Part shown: positions 36,515 to 45,960 of the stretch, piece by piece | Layout: every line of letters starts with the position of its first letter | Position numbering within the stretch: position 1 is the first letter of the stretch | Assembly (NCBI GenBank): GCA_035504415.1 | Contig: DATJRY010000017.1 | Span: 461,263-525,262, forward strand | Direction: 5' to 3' | DNA: 64,000 bases | Origin: Candidatus Sulfotelmatobacter sp. | Lineage (GTDB): Bacteria > Vulcanimicrobiota > Vulcanimicrobiia > Vulcanimicrobiales > Vulcanimicrobiaceae | Made by a program: the position numbers and the translations under genes | Notes under the pieces: model-generated | Seen by the model: the letters and a program-made list of their open reading frames with translations, nothing else | Databases searched by the model: none | Told to the model about the DNA's origin: nothing

Positions 36515-38116
36515 CTAGTGCGCGGTGGTCGTCGCGTGCAGCGGCCGCAGTTGCGGGCGGTACTTGTCCGTGAGCGTCTTGAGCGCGGTGTTGAGGCGCT
36601 GCTTGGCGGGATCGGGTGCCGCCTTCGCGGGCGTGAGCTGTTCGTTGCTGGCGGCCGTTCGGGACGGTCGCGGTTCGATCGCGCTCGCCAACCGCTGGGC
36701 CGTCACCGTCTTGGACGTCGGCCGCGCGACCAGAGGCCCCAGTGCCGCCTTCGCGTCCGCCTGGAACGCGCTGCGCGTGGCCGCGTCCGGGATCCACGAG
36801 TCGATGTCGGTGACCTTGAACTCGTCCTCGCGGAACTTTTCGGGTTCGGTCTTCGGCGCCGGCGCGTGCGGCGTCGCCTTCTTCTGGGAGGACGTGGACG
36901 ACACCGTGTATTCCAGCGTTACCTGACCGTCGAGGCCGCCGACGTAGTTTTGCGCCTTGTCGTAGAAGACGACGTCGACTTCGGTCCAGCCTTTCTTGCC
37001 CGACGCGCCGACCCAGGAGCCGGCCACGGGCTGTTCACCCTGCCAGCTGAATCCGTTGCTCTGCAGCACCTTGACGGCGGTCGCATTTTGCGGCCACGGC
37101 AGGCCGATGAAGAACCGCGCGTCGCGAGAATCGTCGAATTGCGGAGCTTCCCAATAGAGGGTGCTCGAGCTGCATCCACCGCCGCTCCCCGAGTCGCGCA
37201 AGAAGTAGCTCCAGGTCTCGGTGACTTTGCCCTTGGACGAGCTCGAGCTGGTCCGTACGGCGAGCGCGAAGACGGGATGCACCTCGGCGTAGTCGCCGTG
37301 AACGCCGTCGATGCCGACGACGCCGGTGACGACGGCCGACAACGCGCCGAGCGGGTCATCCGAAGACCGAGGGCCGGACATGAACAGCTGCCCAGGACTG
37401 GGCTGCCCGCCGTTCTCGACGCTGTTGACCAGCTGCTTCCACCACGCGCTGCCGGCGTTGTCGACCGTCTCGCCGTCGTTGAACTCCAAGCCGATGCCGT
37501 ATTCGCCGCTCTTGGAGTCGTTCAAGGACGTGAAGCCGGCGTTGTCGTCGGGCGGGTACTGGCTCGGGAACAAGTCGAGGTTGTAGTCGCCGTCGGCCAG
37601 ATCGAAATTCGAAAAGAAGCTCGGGTTGCCCGACCAATCGCTCCACAGCACCGTGCCGGTGTACGTCGCGACCGTCCACGTGAGATGGCCATTGAACCCG
37701 CCCGCTCCGCTCGTGCAGTAGGCGGACGACATCCCGCCCAGGTGCGCCAACGCCCAATCACCGACGTACGACGACGTGCTGACGTCGAGGGACGTGTGCT
37801 GCGAGGTGCAGGTTCTGGCAAGGATCGCATTATTGACGGCGTTGTTGCCGCTGCCGGACGTCGACGACGCCGGCATTCCTTGCGCGTTGTAAAACGCACC
37901 GCCGCAGATCGACTGGAAATTCGGCAGCTTGCCGGGATTGTCGAGCTGATATCCCCACTGCGGGTTCAAAGGCAGACCGTTCAGATCTTCGTTGTTGCGA
38001 TCCCAAACCAGATCGAACGGCTTGGAATGATGCGACCAATTGGGCTTGCCCAACGCGGAGCCGCCGAGTGCGACAAGCATCGACAACACCAGAACGGACG
38101 TGAAGCAAAAGCGCAT
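36515..38116 (-). CDS. Large secreted hypothetical protein
   Basis: Signal peptide, Gly/Ser/Trp-rich beta-type sequence, strong GC3 bias, AAAGGAG RBS. Confidence 0.8.
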   Translation of the reverse strand: MRFCFTSVLVLSMLVALGGSALGKPNWSHHSKPFDLVWDRNNEDLNGLPLNPQWGYQLDNPGKLPNFQSICGGAFYNAQGMPASSTSGSGNNAVNNAILARTCTSQHTSLDVSTSSYVGDWALAHLGGMSSAYCTSGAGGFNGHLTWTVATYTGTVLWSDWSGNPSFFSNFDLADGDYNLDLFPSQYPPDDNAGFTSLNDSKSGEYGIGLEFNDGETVDNAGSAWWKQLVNSVENGGQPSPGQLFMSGPRSSDDPLGALSAVVTGVVGIDGVHGDYAEVHPVFALAVRTSSSSSKGKVTETWSYFLRDSGSGGGCSSSTLYWEAPQFDDSRDARFFIGLPWPQNATAVKVLQSNGFSWQGEQPVAGSWVGASGKKGWTEVDVVFYDKAQNYVGGLDGQVTLEYTVSSTSSQKKATPHAPAPKTEPEKFREDEFKVTDIDSWIPDAATRSAFQADAKAALGPLVARPTSKTVTAQRLASAIEPRPSRTAASNEQLTPAKAAPDPAKQRLNTALKTLTDKYRPQLRPLHATTTAH

Positions 38117-38177
38117 CTGGCCGGCGCGCTCCTTTTACCTATTCGTCGAGGATCTCACGGATCGGCGCTCGCCGAGC

Positions 38178-39203
38178 TCACGCGAGGACGAGGTACGGAA
38201 ATGTGCTGGACCGCTGCTTCGCGGCAATGGAGGGATTCAGGCCTGACGGCACGGCCATCCCGGAGACGAGCGATAGCATTACTTCCGGAGCGTTGTCCGT
38301 CAGCGTTCTGCCGTTGCGGCCCGCGAAGCCGTACAAGGCGGGTGTCCCGACCACGTAGTTGAGGTAGTCGGGGAAGAGTTCGTGCATCACGGCTTGACCG
38401 TAGGCCTGCGGCGCGCCCGAGGTGCCGTTGGCCGCGACGACGGCGGATATCTTGTCGGCAAGCTGCTTGCCTTCTTGCGGATAGTCTTGGGAGGGGTGCC
38501 GGGTATCCGCCGGGATGTTGAAATGGACGTCGTCCGGCCAAAAGATCGGCCACATCATCGGATGCCCGGCGCGGTTGATCTGTCGCCAGCCGCCGCTATC
38601 CGTGGCAAGTTTGGTGGCAGCCCAGACACCGATGCGGGCGCCGGGTTTCAGCTGCGCGTCGGTGTGCGGAATCTCCAGCACGATCGATTCGACCGTCGTA
38701 CCGGCGAAGCTGTCCTTCGCATCTTTCGGGTGCCATGCGGAAAGGTCGACCGCAGTGCCGTTCTTTATCGCGCTGTTGACGCGGCCGAGGAGCGACAGGT
38801 CGATGTAGAAGGGATCCTGGATGCGTCCGCCGGCCCACAGTCGGATACCACCCGCGCTCGCCGGCTGGCCCGTCTGTCCTTGCAGCACCACTTGGCCGGT
38901 CGCGGAGTCCTCGCGCGCCTCGCTGCCGGTGAGAAGATGCAGCGTCACAGCCTGGCGACCGGCCGTGTCCGCGTGATCGAAGGACACGCGGTACGTCAGT
39001 CCTTCGTAATCGGCCCCGTCGAAATGCACCTTGAACTCGTAGCGCGCCTCCGGATGAAAGCCCCCTTCTTGGTACACGCCGGTAATGCTCGAGTTGACGT
39101 CCAGGATGAATACCGTTCCACCCTCGCTCGGGAATACGTACAGGTCGTCGATGAACAGCTGCCCATTCATCGCAGCCTCCGGCGTATCGAGATGGTGCGA
39201 CAT
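38178..39203 (-). CDS. DUF4331 family protein
   Basis: MSHHLDTP...IDDLYVF...EARYEFKV...DPFYIDL...RQINRAGHP...FPYL. AGGAAGG RBS. An in-frame signal-like extension from 39317 is possible. Confidence 0.82.
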   Translation of the reverse strand: MSHHLDTPEAAMNGQLFIDDLYVFPSEGGTVFILDVNSSITGVYQEGGFHPEARYEFKVHFDGADYEGLTYRVSFDHADTAGRQAVTLHLLTGSEAREDSATGQVVLQGQTGQPASAGGIRLWAGGRIQDPFYIDLSLLGRVNSAIKNGTAVDLSAWHPKDAKDSFAGTTVESIVLEIPHTDAQLKPGARIGVWAATKLATDSGGWRQINRAGHPMMWPIFWPDDVHFNIPADTRHPSQDYPQEGKQLADKISAVVAANGTSGAPQAYGQAVMHELFPDYLNYVVGTPALYGFAGRNGRTLTDNAPEVMLSLVSGMAVPSGLNPSIAAKQRSSTFPYLVLA

Positions 39204-39587
39204 TGCACTTCCTTCCTGACGATGATGGAGAAGGCCGGCGCGCGCGGCCGACGGACTGAACACAGAAAGGGCGGTACCGAGCCCGACTCTTAGGGCTGCA
39301 AGGCGTGTCACGTTCATAGGAGTCTGCTCCCGACGTCGTCTCGTCCGCACATGATAAGCCATCGCGCCGTCCGCGAGAACAGTCGAGCGTACGAAATCGC
39401 AGGCGCCGATCGCGCTGAAATCGGCTATTTTGCATGCTTTTGGTGACGGAAGAAGTTGTAGCGGCAGACGCCTTTCGCTTTCGCCGCGTTGTTGCGACGT
39501 TGCGGTACTGCTGAACCGATGACGTGGGGAGAGCGGCCTCGCGAGCGCGAAGACAGCACGCAACGCGAAAGCGGGGAGGGTGCCGCG

Positions 39588-41408
39588 ATGTCGACTGTGC
39601 CACGTCCGAACGTGCTGTTCATCCACGTAGACGAGCTGCGTTATCCCGTCCATTTCCCGGACGGCATCGACTCAGCCGACGCGTTCGTCGCGCGCTTCAT
39701 GCCGCACACGTATCAGCACCTGTGGCAACCCGGTGTCCGATTCTCGCGCTACTACACCGCGGCGGCGGACTGCTCGCCGGCCCGCGGGACGTTCGTGACC
39801 GGGCTCTACGCCCAGCAGACGAACATGCTGCTGGTGCGCGGCGGGCAGCAAACGCCGCCGCTCGATCCCGACTTTCCGACCTACGGCAAGCTCCTGCGCG
39901 AGAGCGGCTACGACACGCCGTACATCGGCAAGTGGCATCTGTCGAATCCGCCGCCGATGCCGGGGCAGCCGGGCTATCTCGACGACTACGGCTTCGTCGG
40001 GCTCACGAATCCGGATCCCAACGGCGTGGTCGGTCAAGGAGTCGGCGCGGCGCATGGATTGATCGACGACGCCGGCATCGCGGGACAGGCGCTGGAATGG
40101 CTTCGAAACCGCGCGGCGAGCGACGCTCGCACGCCGTTTTGCCTGACCGTCGGATTCATCAACCCGCACGACAAGCAGTGGTTCTGGAGCGGCCCGGAGG
40201 CGGTGCGCTTCAGCCGAGCTTTCACGGACGCGGGCACGACCCGCTTCGCCGGTTTGTTGGAGCGCCTCATTTCGTCGCGGCAGCCGGCGCCGCAGGACGT
40301 TCCCGGTGAGGACGATCCGCCGACGTACGGCTACACGCTGCCGGCGAATTGGCAATCCAAAAGCGTCATGCTGCAGCCCGGCATGCCGACCGTCGCCCCG
40401 GTTTTCTCCGCCCTGACCGACTTCACGTGCGGCGGCATCAACGACGAGCCGCGCCTCGGGTTCGCGGTGCAGGCCTCGCCGCTCTGCGCGTCGTGGCGGA
40501 CGGCGGAGGCGGTGTGGAGCTCCGTTTTCGCGCCGCACGGCTATTGGACGCGCGCGCTGGACATGTACACGCAGGCGATGACGAACGTGGACCGTGAGAT
40601 CGGGAGGCTGCTCGCCGGTATCCCTGACGCGATGCGGGAGAATCTGGTGATCGTCTTCACCTCCGATCACGGCGAGTACGCCAGCTCGCACGGCCTGCAG
40701 GGGAAAGGCGTCACCGCCTACGAGGAGACGATGCGCGTCCCGCTCATCGTGCGCGACCACACCGGGCGCTACACGGCGTCGACCGACGTCGAACGCTCAC
40801 AGATCGCCTCGCACGTCGACCTGCTGCGCCTGCTCTTGGATATCGCCCACGATGGCAGCTCGTGGATGGTCGGCGAGTACCGCGAGCTGTACGGCCGTCG
40901 TCTCGACCTGCTCGCCGTGCTGCGCGATCCCCAAGCCCGCGGGCGCGCGTTTGCGGCGTATACCTGCGATGAGCACTTCCTACCGCCCGTGCTGAACGCC
41001 ACGCAGGCGCCGGAACACGTCACCGCGCTGATGTTCCCCCACGGAAAGCAGACCGCGTACTCGCACTGGATCCCGGGGACGGCGACGCCGGTCCCGACGG
41101 AGTTCTTCTACTACGATCGCGAGACGAAAGAAGGAGCGCTCGAGCTGGAGAGCTCGCCGTCGCCGTTCAGTGCCCCCGAGATCATGAAGATGATGTTGGA
41201 CGAAGTCCGCGCGCCGTTACCCGCCCGCTACCGCGGAGCGCAAGCGAAGGCGCTTCACGCCTATTGGAAGGCCGTCATCGGAATCGACCTGGCGGCGGCG
41301 CTCTCCGTCGTCTTGACGAAAATACCGGCCTCGGCTGCGTCCGCGTATCCGGCCGGGCTGCCGGTCTACGAGCCGTACGTCAATGCCCCTTTGTCGTCGA
41401 CAGGGTGA
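39588..41408 (+). CDS. Cys-type sulfatase-like hydrolase
   Basis: RPNVLFIHVDELR, CSPAR (CxPxR), YIGKWHL, FINPHD, FTSDHGE. GGGGAGG RBS. Confidence 0.92.
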   Translation: MSTVPRPNVLFIHVDELRYPVHFPDGIDSADAFVARFMPHTYQHLWQPGVRFSRYYTAAADCSPARGTFVTGLYAQQTNMLLVRGGQQTPPLDPDFPTYGKLLRESGYDTPYIGKWHLSNPPPMPGQPGYLDDYGFVGLTNPDPNGVVGQGVGAAHGLIDDAGIAGQALEWLRNRAASDARTPFCLTVGFINPHDKQWFWSGPEAVRFSRAFTDAGTTRFAGLLERLISSRQPAPQDVPGEDDPPTYGYTLPANWQSKSVMLQPGMPTVAPVFSALTDFTCGGINDEPRLGFAVQASPLCASWRTAEAVWSSVFAPHGYWTRALDMYTQAMTNVDREIGRLLAGIPDAMRENLVIVFTSDHGEYASSHGLQGKGVTAYEETMRVPLIVRDHTGRYTASTDVERSQIASHVDLLRLLLDIAHDGSSWMVGEYRELYGRRLDLLAVLRDPQARGRAFAAYTCDEHFLPPVLNATQAPEHVTALMFPHGKQTAYSHWIPGTATPVPTEFFYYDRETKEGALELESSPSPFSAPEIMKMMLDEVRAPLPARYRGAQAKALHAYWKAVIGIDLAAALSVVLTKIPASAASAYPAGLPVYEPYVNAPLSSTG

Positions 41409-41454
41409 ACCGGCCGCAGGGCGTTGCCGGAGCACCAACGATGACCGAAGGCGT

Positions 41455-41892
41455 CTACCGGGTGGCGCCGACGGCGCGCCTGGATTTTCGGTTCGGCACC
41501 GGGGCATCCGCGCGGCAGGTCGCGCACGATCCGTAGAGCGTCACGTCATGCCCCGTGACGCGGAAGCCGCGCGGAATCTTCGCTCGGATATCCGTTTCAC
41601 AACCCTCGAGCTCGAAAGCCCGCTCGCAGCTGGTGCAGATGAAATGGTGGTGATGTCCCTTGCCGGCACGCTCGTATAGAGGAGCGTAGCCGGGAAGCTC
41701 CACCGGCGTGACAAAGCCGTCCGCGATCAGCGCTCGGATCCCGCGGTACACCGTCGCGATGCCGATCGACCCGATGAGCCGCTCCGCCTCGGCCATGACT
41801 TCCTCTGTCGCGAGGGGGCGTTCGCTTTGCTCGAAGACTTCGCGGATGGCACGCTGCTGGCGGGTGCTACGCTCGGGCAAGCTCTTTCGCAT
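41455..41892 (-). CDS. Fur/Zur family transcriptional regulator
   Basis: STRQQRAI, IGIATVYR, HHHHFICTSC and YGSCATC motifs. Confidence 0.9.
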   Translation of the reverse strand: MRKSLPERSTRQQRAIREVFEQSERPLATEEVMAEAERLIGSIGIATVYRGIRALIADGFVTPVELPGYAPLYERAGKGHHHHFICTSCERAFELEGCETDIRAKIPRGFRVTGHDVTLYGSCATCRADAPVPNRKSRRAVGATR

Positions 41893-41997
41893 CGGGGGAT
41901 CGTTCGACACAGGCGTGGTTCTCCCATCCGCTAATGATAATGAGAGGAGTTTATCAATATCCGGAGTAGCCCTCTGCAACACTCCTGGAGGGATCCC

Positions 41998-42264
41998 ATG
42001 TCCGTCTCGCTTTTCGTCGGCAATCTAAACTATTCGGTCAAGGAAGACGATCTCGTCGAGCTCTTCCGCCCGTACGGAACCGTCGTCCGCGTCCGTATCC
42101 CAACCGACCACCAAACGCACCGCCCGCGCGGCTTCGGCTTCGTAGAGATGGACGGCGCCGATGCCGACCGTGCGGTGCGGGAGCTCAACGGCGCCCATTT
42201 CTTCGGTCGGTCACTCGCAGTGAATCCGGCGCGGCCGCGTGAAGAGCCGGCGAGGCGGGCGTGA
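41998..42264 (+). CDS. RRM (RNP-1) RNA-binding protein
   Basis: LFVGNLNY (RNP2), RGFGFVEM (RNP1), GRSLAVN.AR. Confidence 0.95.
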   Translation: MSVSLFVGNLNYSVKEDDLVELFRPYGTVVRVRIPTDHQTHRPRGFGFVEMDGADADRAVRELNGAHFFGRSLAVNPARPREEPARRA

Positions 42265-42605
42265 GAGAATTCCGCCTCCTCATCGGTCTGCGGCTCGATA
42301 GGCCGGAGTACTACCTGGGATTCGATCCGGTGTCCGTCGAGAGTCCGGACTACCGCAGTGTCCGCGGCATGTTGACGGACCACTTAGACGAGTTGGAAGG
42401 TCACGTTTCGGCATTACGTGCGGTGCTTGCCACGCGAGATCCGGAAGATGCCGAGCACCTCTTGCAAGACGGCGTACGTATGCAAGTCTCGGAAGTCATC
42501 CTGCGCCCGAAAGTCTCTGCAGCCGAATATCTGCCCCGCCTACGCGAAGCGAGCCCCGACGCATTGTTGGAGGACTTTCACCGATTGGTTGACGGCGCAT
42601 CTTGA
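42261..42605 (+). CDS. Hypothetical protein (114 aa)
   Basis: GTGA overlap with the RRM gene; no recognised motif. Confidence 0.55.
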   Translation: MREFRLLIGLRLDRPEYYLGFDPVSVESPDYRSVRGMLTDHLDELEGHVSALRAVLATRDPEDAEHLLQDGVRMQVSEVILRPKVSAAEYLPRLREASPDALLEDFHRLVDGAS

Positions 42606-42618
42606 GCATCCGGTGGCA

Positions 42619-43875
42619 ATGGGCCGCCGTGGTCGCGATTCACGCCATGAACTCACCTTGACAACGTGGATAGCCACCGTGTGCCGCTCCGTCGGCAGCT
42701 CGCGGCGCGCGGCGCTGATCGTGGCGCTCGGCACCTTGCTGGCGCCGGCGCCGGTGGGTGCGAGCAGCTTCGCCGACGCGATCAATCGGCAACGCGCCCA
42801 GATCTCCGCGAACCGGCATCGCCTCGAGCTGAAACGGCAACAGTTGAATTTCGAAGAACTCCGGGAGCGTGATCTGCAGCGTCAACTTGGCGAGACGGCG
42901 GCGTCGATCGCGCTCGTCCAAGGGCGCATCGGGACATTGGACCAGCAAATTGCGAACACGACCGATGCAGAAGAACAGGCGCGTCGCCGACTGGACGCGG
43001 CTCAGGATGCGCTTCGCCGTCAACGACGCGCATCGGATCACCGGCTCGTGCAAATGTACGAGCGTCCGTCCGACCGGCTGCTGGCCGTCCTCTTCGGCGC
43101 GACGTCGTTCATCGACCTGACGGAGCGTTGGCACGATCTCGCACTCGTCGCACACGAGGACCAGCGAGAAATCGTCGATCGAACGGCGGCGGTTCGTCGC
43201 GTCACGCGCGCGCAAGAAGTGCTCCTCGCGACTAGTCAACGTTTGCAGTCGGAGCGCGCTGCAAAATCGCAAGAGCAAAGTCAGCTCAGTGCGCTCGGGC
43301 GGCAGCGCTCCGATCTCGTCTCACTGGCTGATGCGCACCGCATGTCTGTCGCGCGGGAGGTGCACGTGCTCGAGGACCTCACCGCGCAAGAAGAAGCGCA
43401 GCTCGAGGCGCTCATTCGCGAACAAGAAGCGGAGATTGCTCGGCAGCGACGTGCTGGTCGGATCCCGACGCCGCCGGCGCCGCGGATCGGCGGCATGCAG
43501 TGGCCGCTGCGAGGACCGATTACCTCGCCATTCGGTATGCGGCTCAATCCGTTCACGCACGCGAACACCGAATTCCATCCGGGCATCGACATCGCGGTTG
43601 ACGTAGGTACGACGGTCGCCGCGGCGGCAGCTGGACGCGTCATCATCGCCGGATGGGTCAGCGGCTATGGAAACTACATCGCGATCGACCACGGGAACGG
43701 TCTCTCGACGGGCTACGGTCATCTGTCGACGTTCTATGTGACCGTCGGCCAAGACGTGCAAGCTGGGCAGGCCATCGGCGCCTCGGGGAACACGGGCCGA
43801 TCGACCGGCCCCCATCTCATTTTCGAGGTGCGTCGTGGCGGAATGCCGATCGACCCGACGCCATATTTACCCTAG
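42619..43875 (+). CDS. M23 family peptidase with coiled-coil (EnvC/MepM-like)
   Basis: Signal-like segment, long coiled coil, WPLRGPITSPFG, HPGIDI, YGHLS, STGPHLIFEVR. Start uncertain. Confidence 0.88.
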   Translation: MGRRGRDSRHELTLTTWIATVCRSVGSSRRAALIVALGTLLAPAPVGASSFADAINRQRAQISANRHRLELKRQQLNFEELRERDLQRQLGETAASIALVQGRIGTLDQQIANTTDAEEQARRRLDAAQDALRRQRRASDHRLVQMYERPSDRLLAVLFGATSFIDLTERWHDLALVAHEDQREIVDRTAAVRRVTRAQEVLLATSQRLQSERAAKSQEQSQLSALGRQRSDLVSLADAHRMSVAREVHVLEDLTAQEEAQLEALIREQEAEIARQRRAGRIPTPPAPRIGGMQWPLRGPITSPFGMRLNPFTHANTEFHPGIDIAVDVGTTVAAAAAGRVIIAGWVSGYGNYIAIDHGNGLSTGYGHLSTFYVTVGQDVQAGQAIGASGNTGRSTGPHLIFEVRRGGMPIDPTPYLP

Positions 43876-43925
43876 CGCTGCAGCTCGTTGTGCCAGGGCC
43901 GACGCTTTCTTCGAACGACGAAAGA

Positions 43926-43965
43926 GAAGAGCCAGAATCCACTTTATACGGATGTCTGGCTCTTC
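43926..43965 (-). terminator. Hairpin terminator of the original tRNA operon, now distal to the island
   Basis: 11-bp stem GAAGAGCCAGA/TCTGGCTCTTC plus an inner ATCC/GGAT stem, followed by TCTTT on minus, 4 bp after the displaced tRNA 3' end. Confidence 0.7.
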
Positions 43966-43969
43966 ATTA

Positions 43970-43992
43970 TGGTAGCCCCAACGGGATTCGAA
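43970..43992 (-). repeat. att site: displaced 3' fragment of tRNA-Glu including CCA
   Basis: TAGCCCCAACGGGATTCGAA at 43973-43992 is identical to 50730-50749; this copy continues into CCA. Confidence 0.92.
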
Positions 43993-44223
43993 ACTGTTGG
44001 CTCTGTCCGCTTGAAACCGCTGGAGTCGAAAAACCGGCATTTTCCCGCGTGCGACGCCGACTGAGACCGCGGGAAAACGGCAGGCACCGGCAGAGTCGGT
44101 GACAACACGCGACCGACGACATCGCCGTCATTGTATCGGCTACCCGAGGCTTGCGACCTACGCGATGGTGCCGGCCAATGCCCTTCCCTTCGCCGATCCG
44201 CCACTCCGTGTGTCGTTCAGTGC

Positions 44224-44549
44224 ATGCTGCGCGAGATCGTCTTTACGCTCAGCGTCACCGGCCGCATCGTCCGCGAGGCCGAAGTCCAGACCGCAGGCAA
44301 CGTCACGCTCGCGCGAACGACCATCGCCAGCGACCGCTCGCGCAAGAAGACCGCCAAGGCCGATTTACTCGACGCCGTCGGCTTCGGCAACGTGGCGGGG
44401 CAACTCACCGCCCTTGCGAAGGGCGAGTTCGTCCGCATCACCAGAACGGTCCGTACCTGGTCGTATGACGACACGTCGGGCACCCGGCGCAAGAGTGCGC
44501 AAATCGTTCCCGCAAGGTCGAGCGCTACGCGCAGGAGGCAGCCGCGTAA
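44224..44549 (+). pseudogene. ssb: Single-stranded DNA-binding protein (OB fold), probably frameshifted near 44509
   Basis: TGRIVREAE...ADLLDAVGFG..A..L..LAKGEFV.I...V.TWSYDD.SG.RR...QIV. A one-base shift gives ..RKVERYAQEAAA* ending at 44549. Confidence 0.6.
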
Positions 44550-44696
44550 GCAGCGCCTCCGGCCCGTGGATTCGCGAAGTGTTCGTGTCGCTGGTTCGCT
44601 ACCTCGTCATCCGCACTGTCGCGCGGATGCTGCTCCGCCGGCGCCGCGATGATCACCGCGTGGCGGAGGTCCGGATTCGCTCGTCGCCGAGTTTGT

Positions 44697-45359
44697 CTAA
44701 GGTCGCTGCGTCCTCGGTACACTTCTGCGGAGAACGCTAAGGTTTGCCCGGATGCTCACGGCTCGAAGCCGGGCGCGCTCTCGGTGGAAGGTCCGCCACC
44801 GCTCCGCAATCGCCTCGTCTACGAACCGCCGTCCGATGCCACCGTCGTCGGACACCGTCTCGATTTTGTCGTAGCCGCCCACGGACCGGGCAAAGGCGTC
44901 CGCGATCTCGATGAACGTCGGTTCGTCGTGGTCCATGTGGCAGCCTTGGCGTCCTATGACTTCGCCCGTGACCGGGCAGATCAACGTTTCTGCGTCACCG
45001 AAGGCGCGATCACGAGCGGCAAGTTTCTGATCGAGCACGGCGTATCGCATGGCGCTTTGCACCTTTGCGCTTTGCGACGTCCCATAGAGGCACTGCATAA
45101 ACGAGAAGTCCGTCTCGCTTCCGTCGCTCCGCACGATCCAGAATCCGTCATTGTTGATGTTCCGGCGGACGTCGAAGTGATCAACCCCGTTCCCGACCTT
45201 CGTCTCGGCTTGCGGATGGAGAGCTAGAAGGTCTCGAAGAAACTCGTCGTCGCCGCCTAACGCTCGGCCCGCGACTTTGGTGCGCTCACGAACTTCGTAG
45301 ATCGTGGCCAGCGCCTCTTTCTTTGTGCGGAAGGCCCGTCCGCCGATTATGATCTCCAC
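44697..45359 (-). CDS. DUF3223 (DCL-like) domain protein with C-terminal HNH-like region
   Basis: FRTKKEA...DEFLRDLLALHP...KVGNGVDHF...FWIVRSDGSETDFSFMQCL, then CPVTG...HMDH..P...RANLS. Confidence 0.7.
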   Translation of the reverse strand: MEIIIGGRAFRTKKEALATIYEVRERTKVAGRALGGDDEFLRDLLALHPQAETKVGNGVDHFDVRRNINNDGFWIVRSDGSETDFSFMQCLYGTSQSAKVQSAMRYAVLDQKLAARDRAFGDAETLICPVTGEVIGRQGCHMDHDEPTFIEIADAFARSVGGYDKIETVSDDGGIGRRFVDEAIAERWRTFHRERARLRAVSIRANLSVLRRSVPRTQRP

Positions 45360-45365
45360 CGTTGG

Positions 45366-45929
45366 CTACCGCAAATTCGCATCGAGGTAGTGCGGGAGTG
45401 TTCTGACGGAGTTGATGACGAGCATCGCCTCCGCCGGTGCAAGAAGTGACACGTTGGGATGCGCCATACTCTGCTGGTTCCGGAGGGGATTCAGCGCGTC
45501 GACGATGGTAGCGAACGCCCGTCCGATCTTGTTCGTCTGCTCGCTGCTCTGCGCGACCGCGGGATGCCCTTTCAGTAGAACTTTCATGAGCGCGGTGATG
45601 TCGGCATCCGGCGCATACGCCAGATTGTGCTTGTCGGCTGCGACGCGCAGGTATGCATGCAGCGCGGTGTGGACGCGGTCGACGCCGCTCGTGGCGCAGG
45701 TGCAGGCAATCAGCGCCTCTGCGTCGGCGAGGGCGCGTTCGACCACGTCGCTGGTGATCGCAAGGTTCGGGGACTGGACATTCGTGAGGCCTTCGCTCGG
45801 ATCGAGTCCAATGGCGACGAAGCGCACGTAGCCGTCAGGAACGATTTCCGACACGGCCTTGGCGATCTGCTCGTACACCGCGAGCCGCGAAGGATTAACC
45901 TGCTCGCCCAGTTCGACGTACGTGTCCAT
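45366..45929 (-). CDS. Abortive-infection family protein (Abi_C domain), probably 5'-truncated
   Basis: SGVDRVHTALHAYL...LNPLRNQQSMAHPN..LL...EAMLVINSVRT (HEPN-like RxxxxxxH). In-frame DEFNVLYWRAP precedes the ATG, then the reading degenerates. Confidence 0.75.
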   Translation of the reverse strand: MDTYVELGEQVNPSRLAVYEQIAKAVSEIVPDGYVRFVAIGLDPSEGLTNVQSPNLAITSDVVERALADAEALIACTCATSGVDRVHTALHAYLRVAADKHNLAYAPDADITALMKVLLKGHPAVAQSSEQTNKIGRAFATIVDALNPLRNQQSMAHPNVSLLAPAEAMLVINSVRTLPHYLDANLR

Positions 45930-45960
45930 TGGCGCTCGCCAATACAGAACGTTGAACTCG

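Noticed and set aside
36518-38362. Long antisense or alternate-frame ORFs (e.g. 36518-38362, 21436-23628, 25336-27426, 56002-58173)
   Set aside because: Shadow ORFs of real high-GC genes, with no motifs and Arg/Gly-rich composition.
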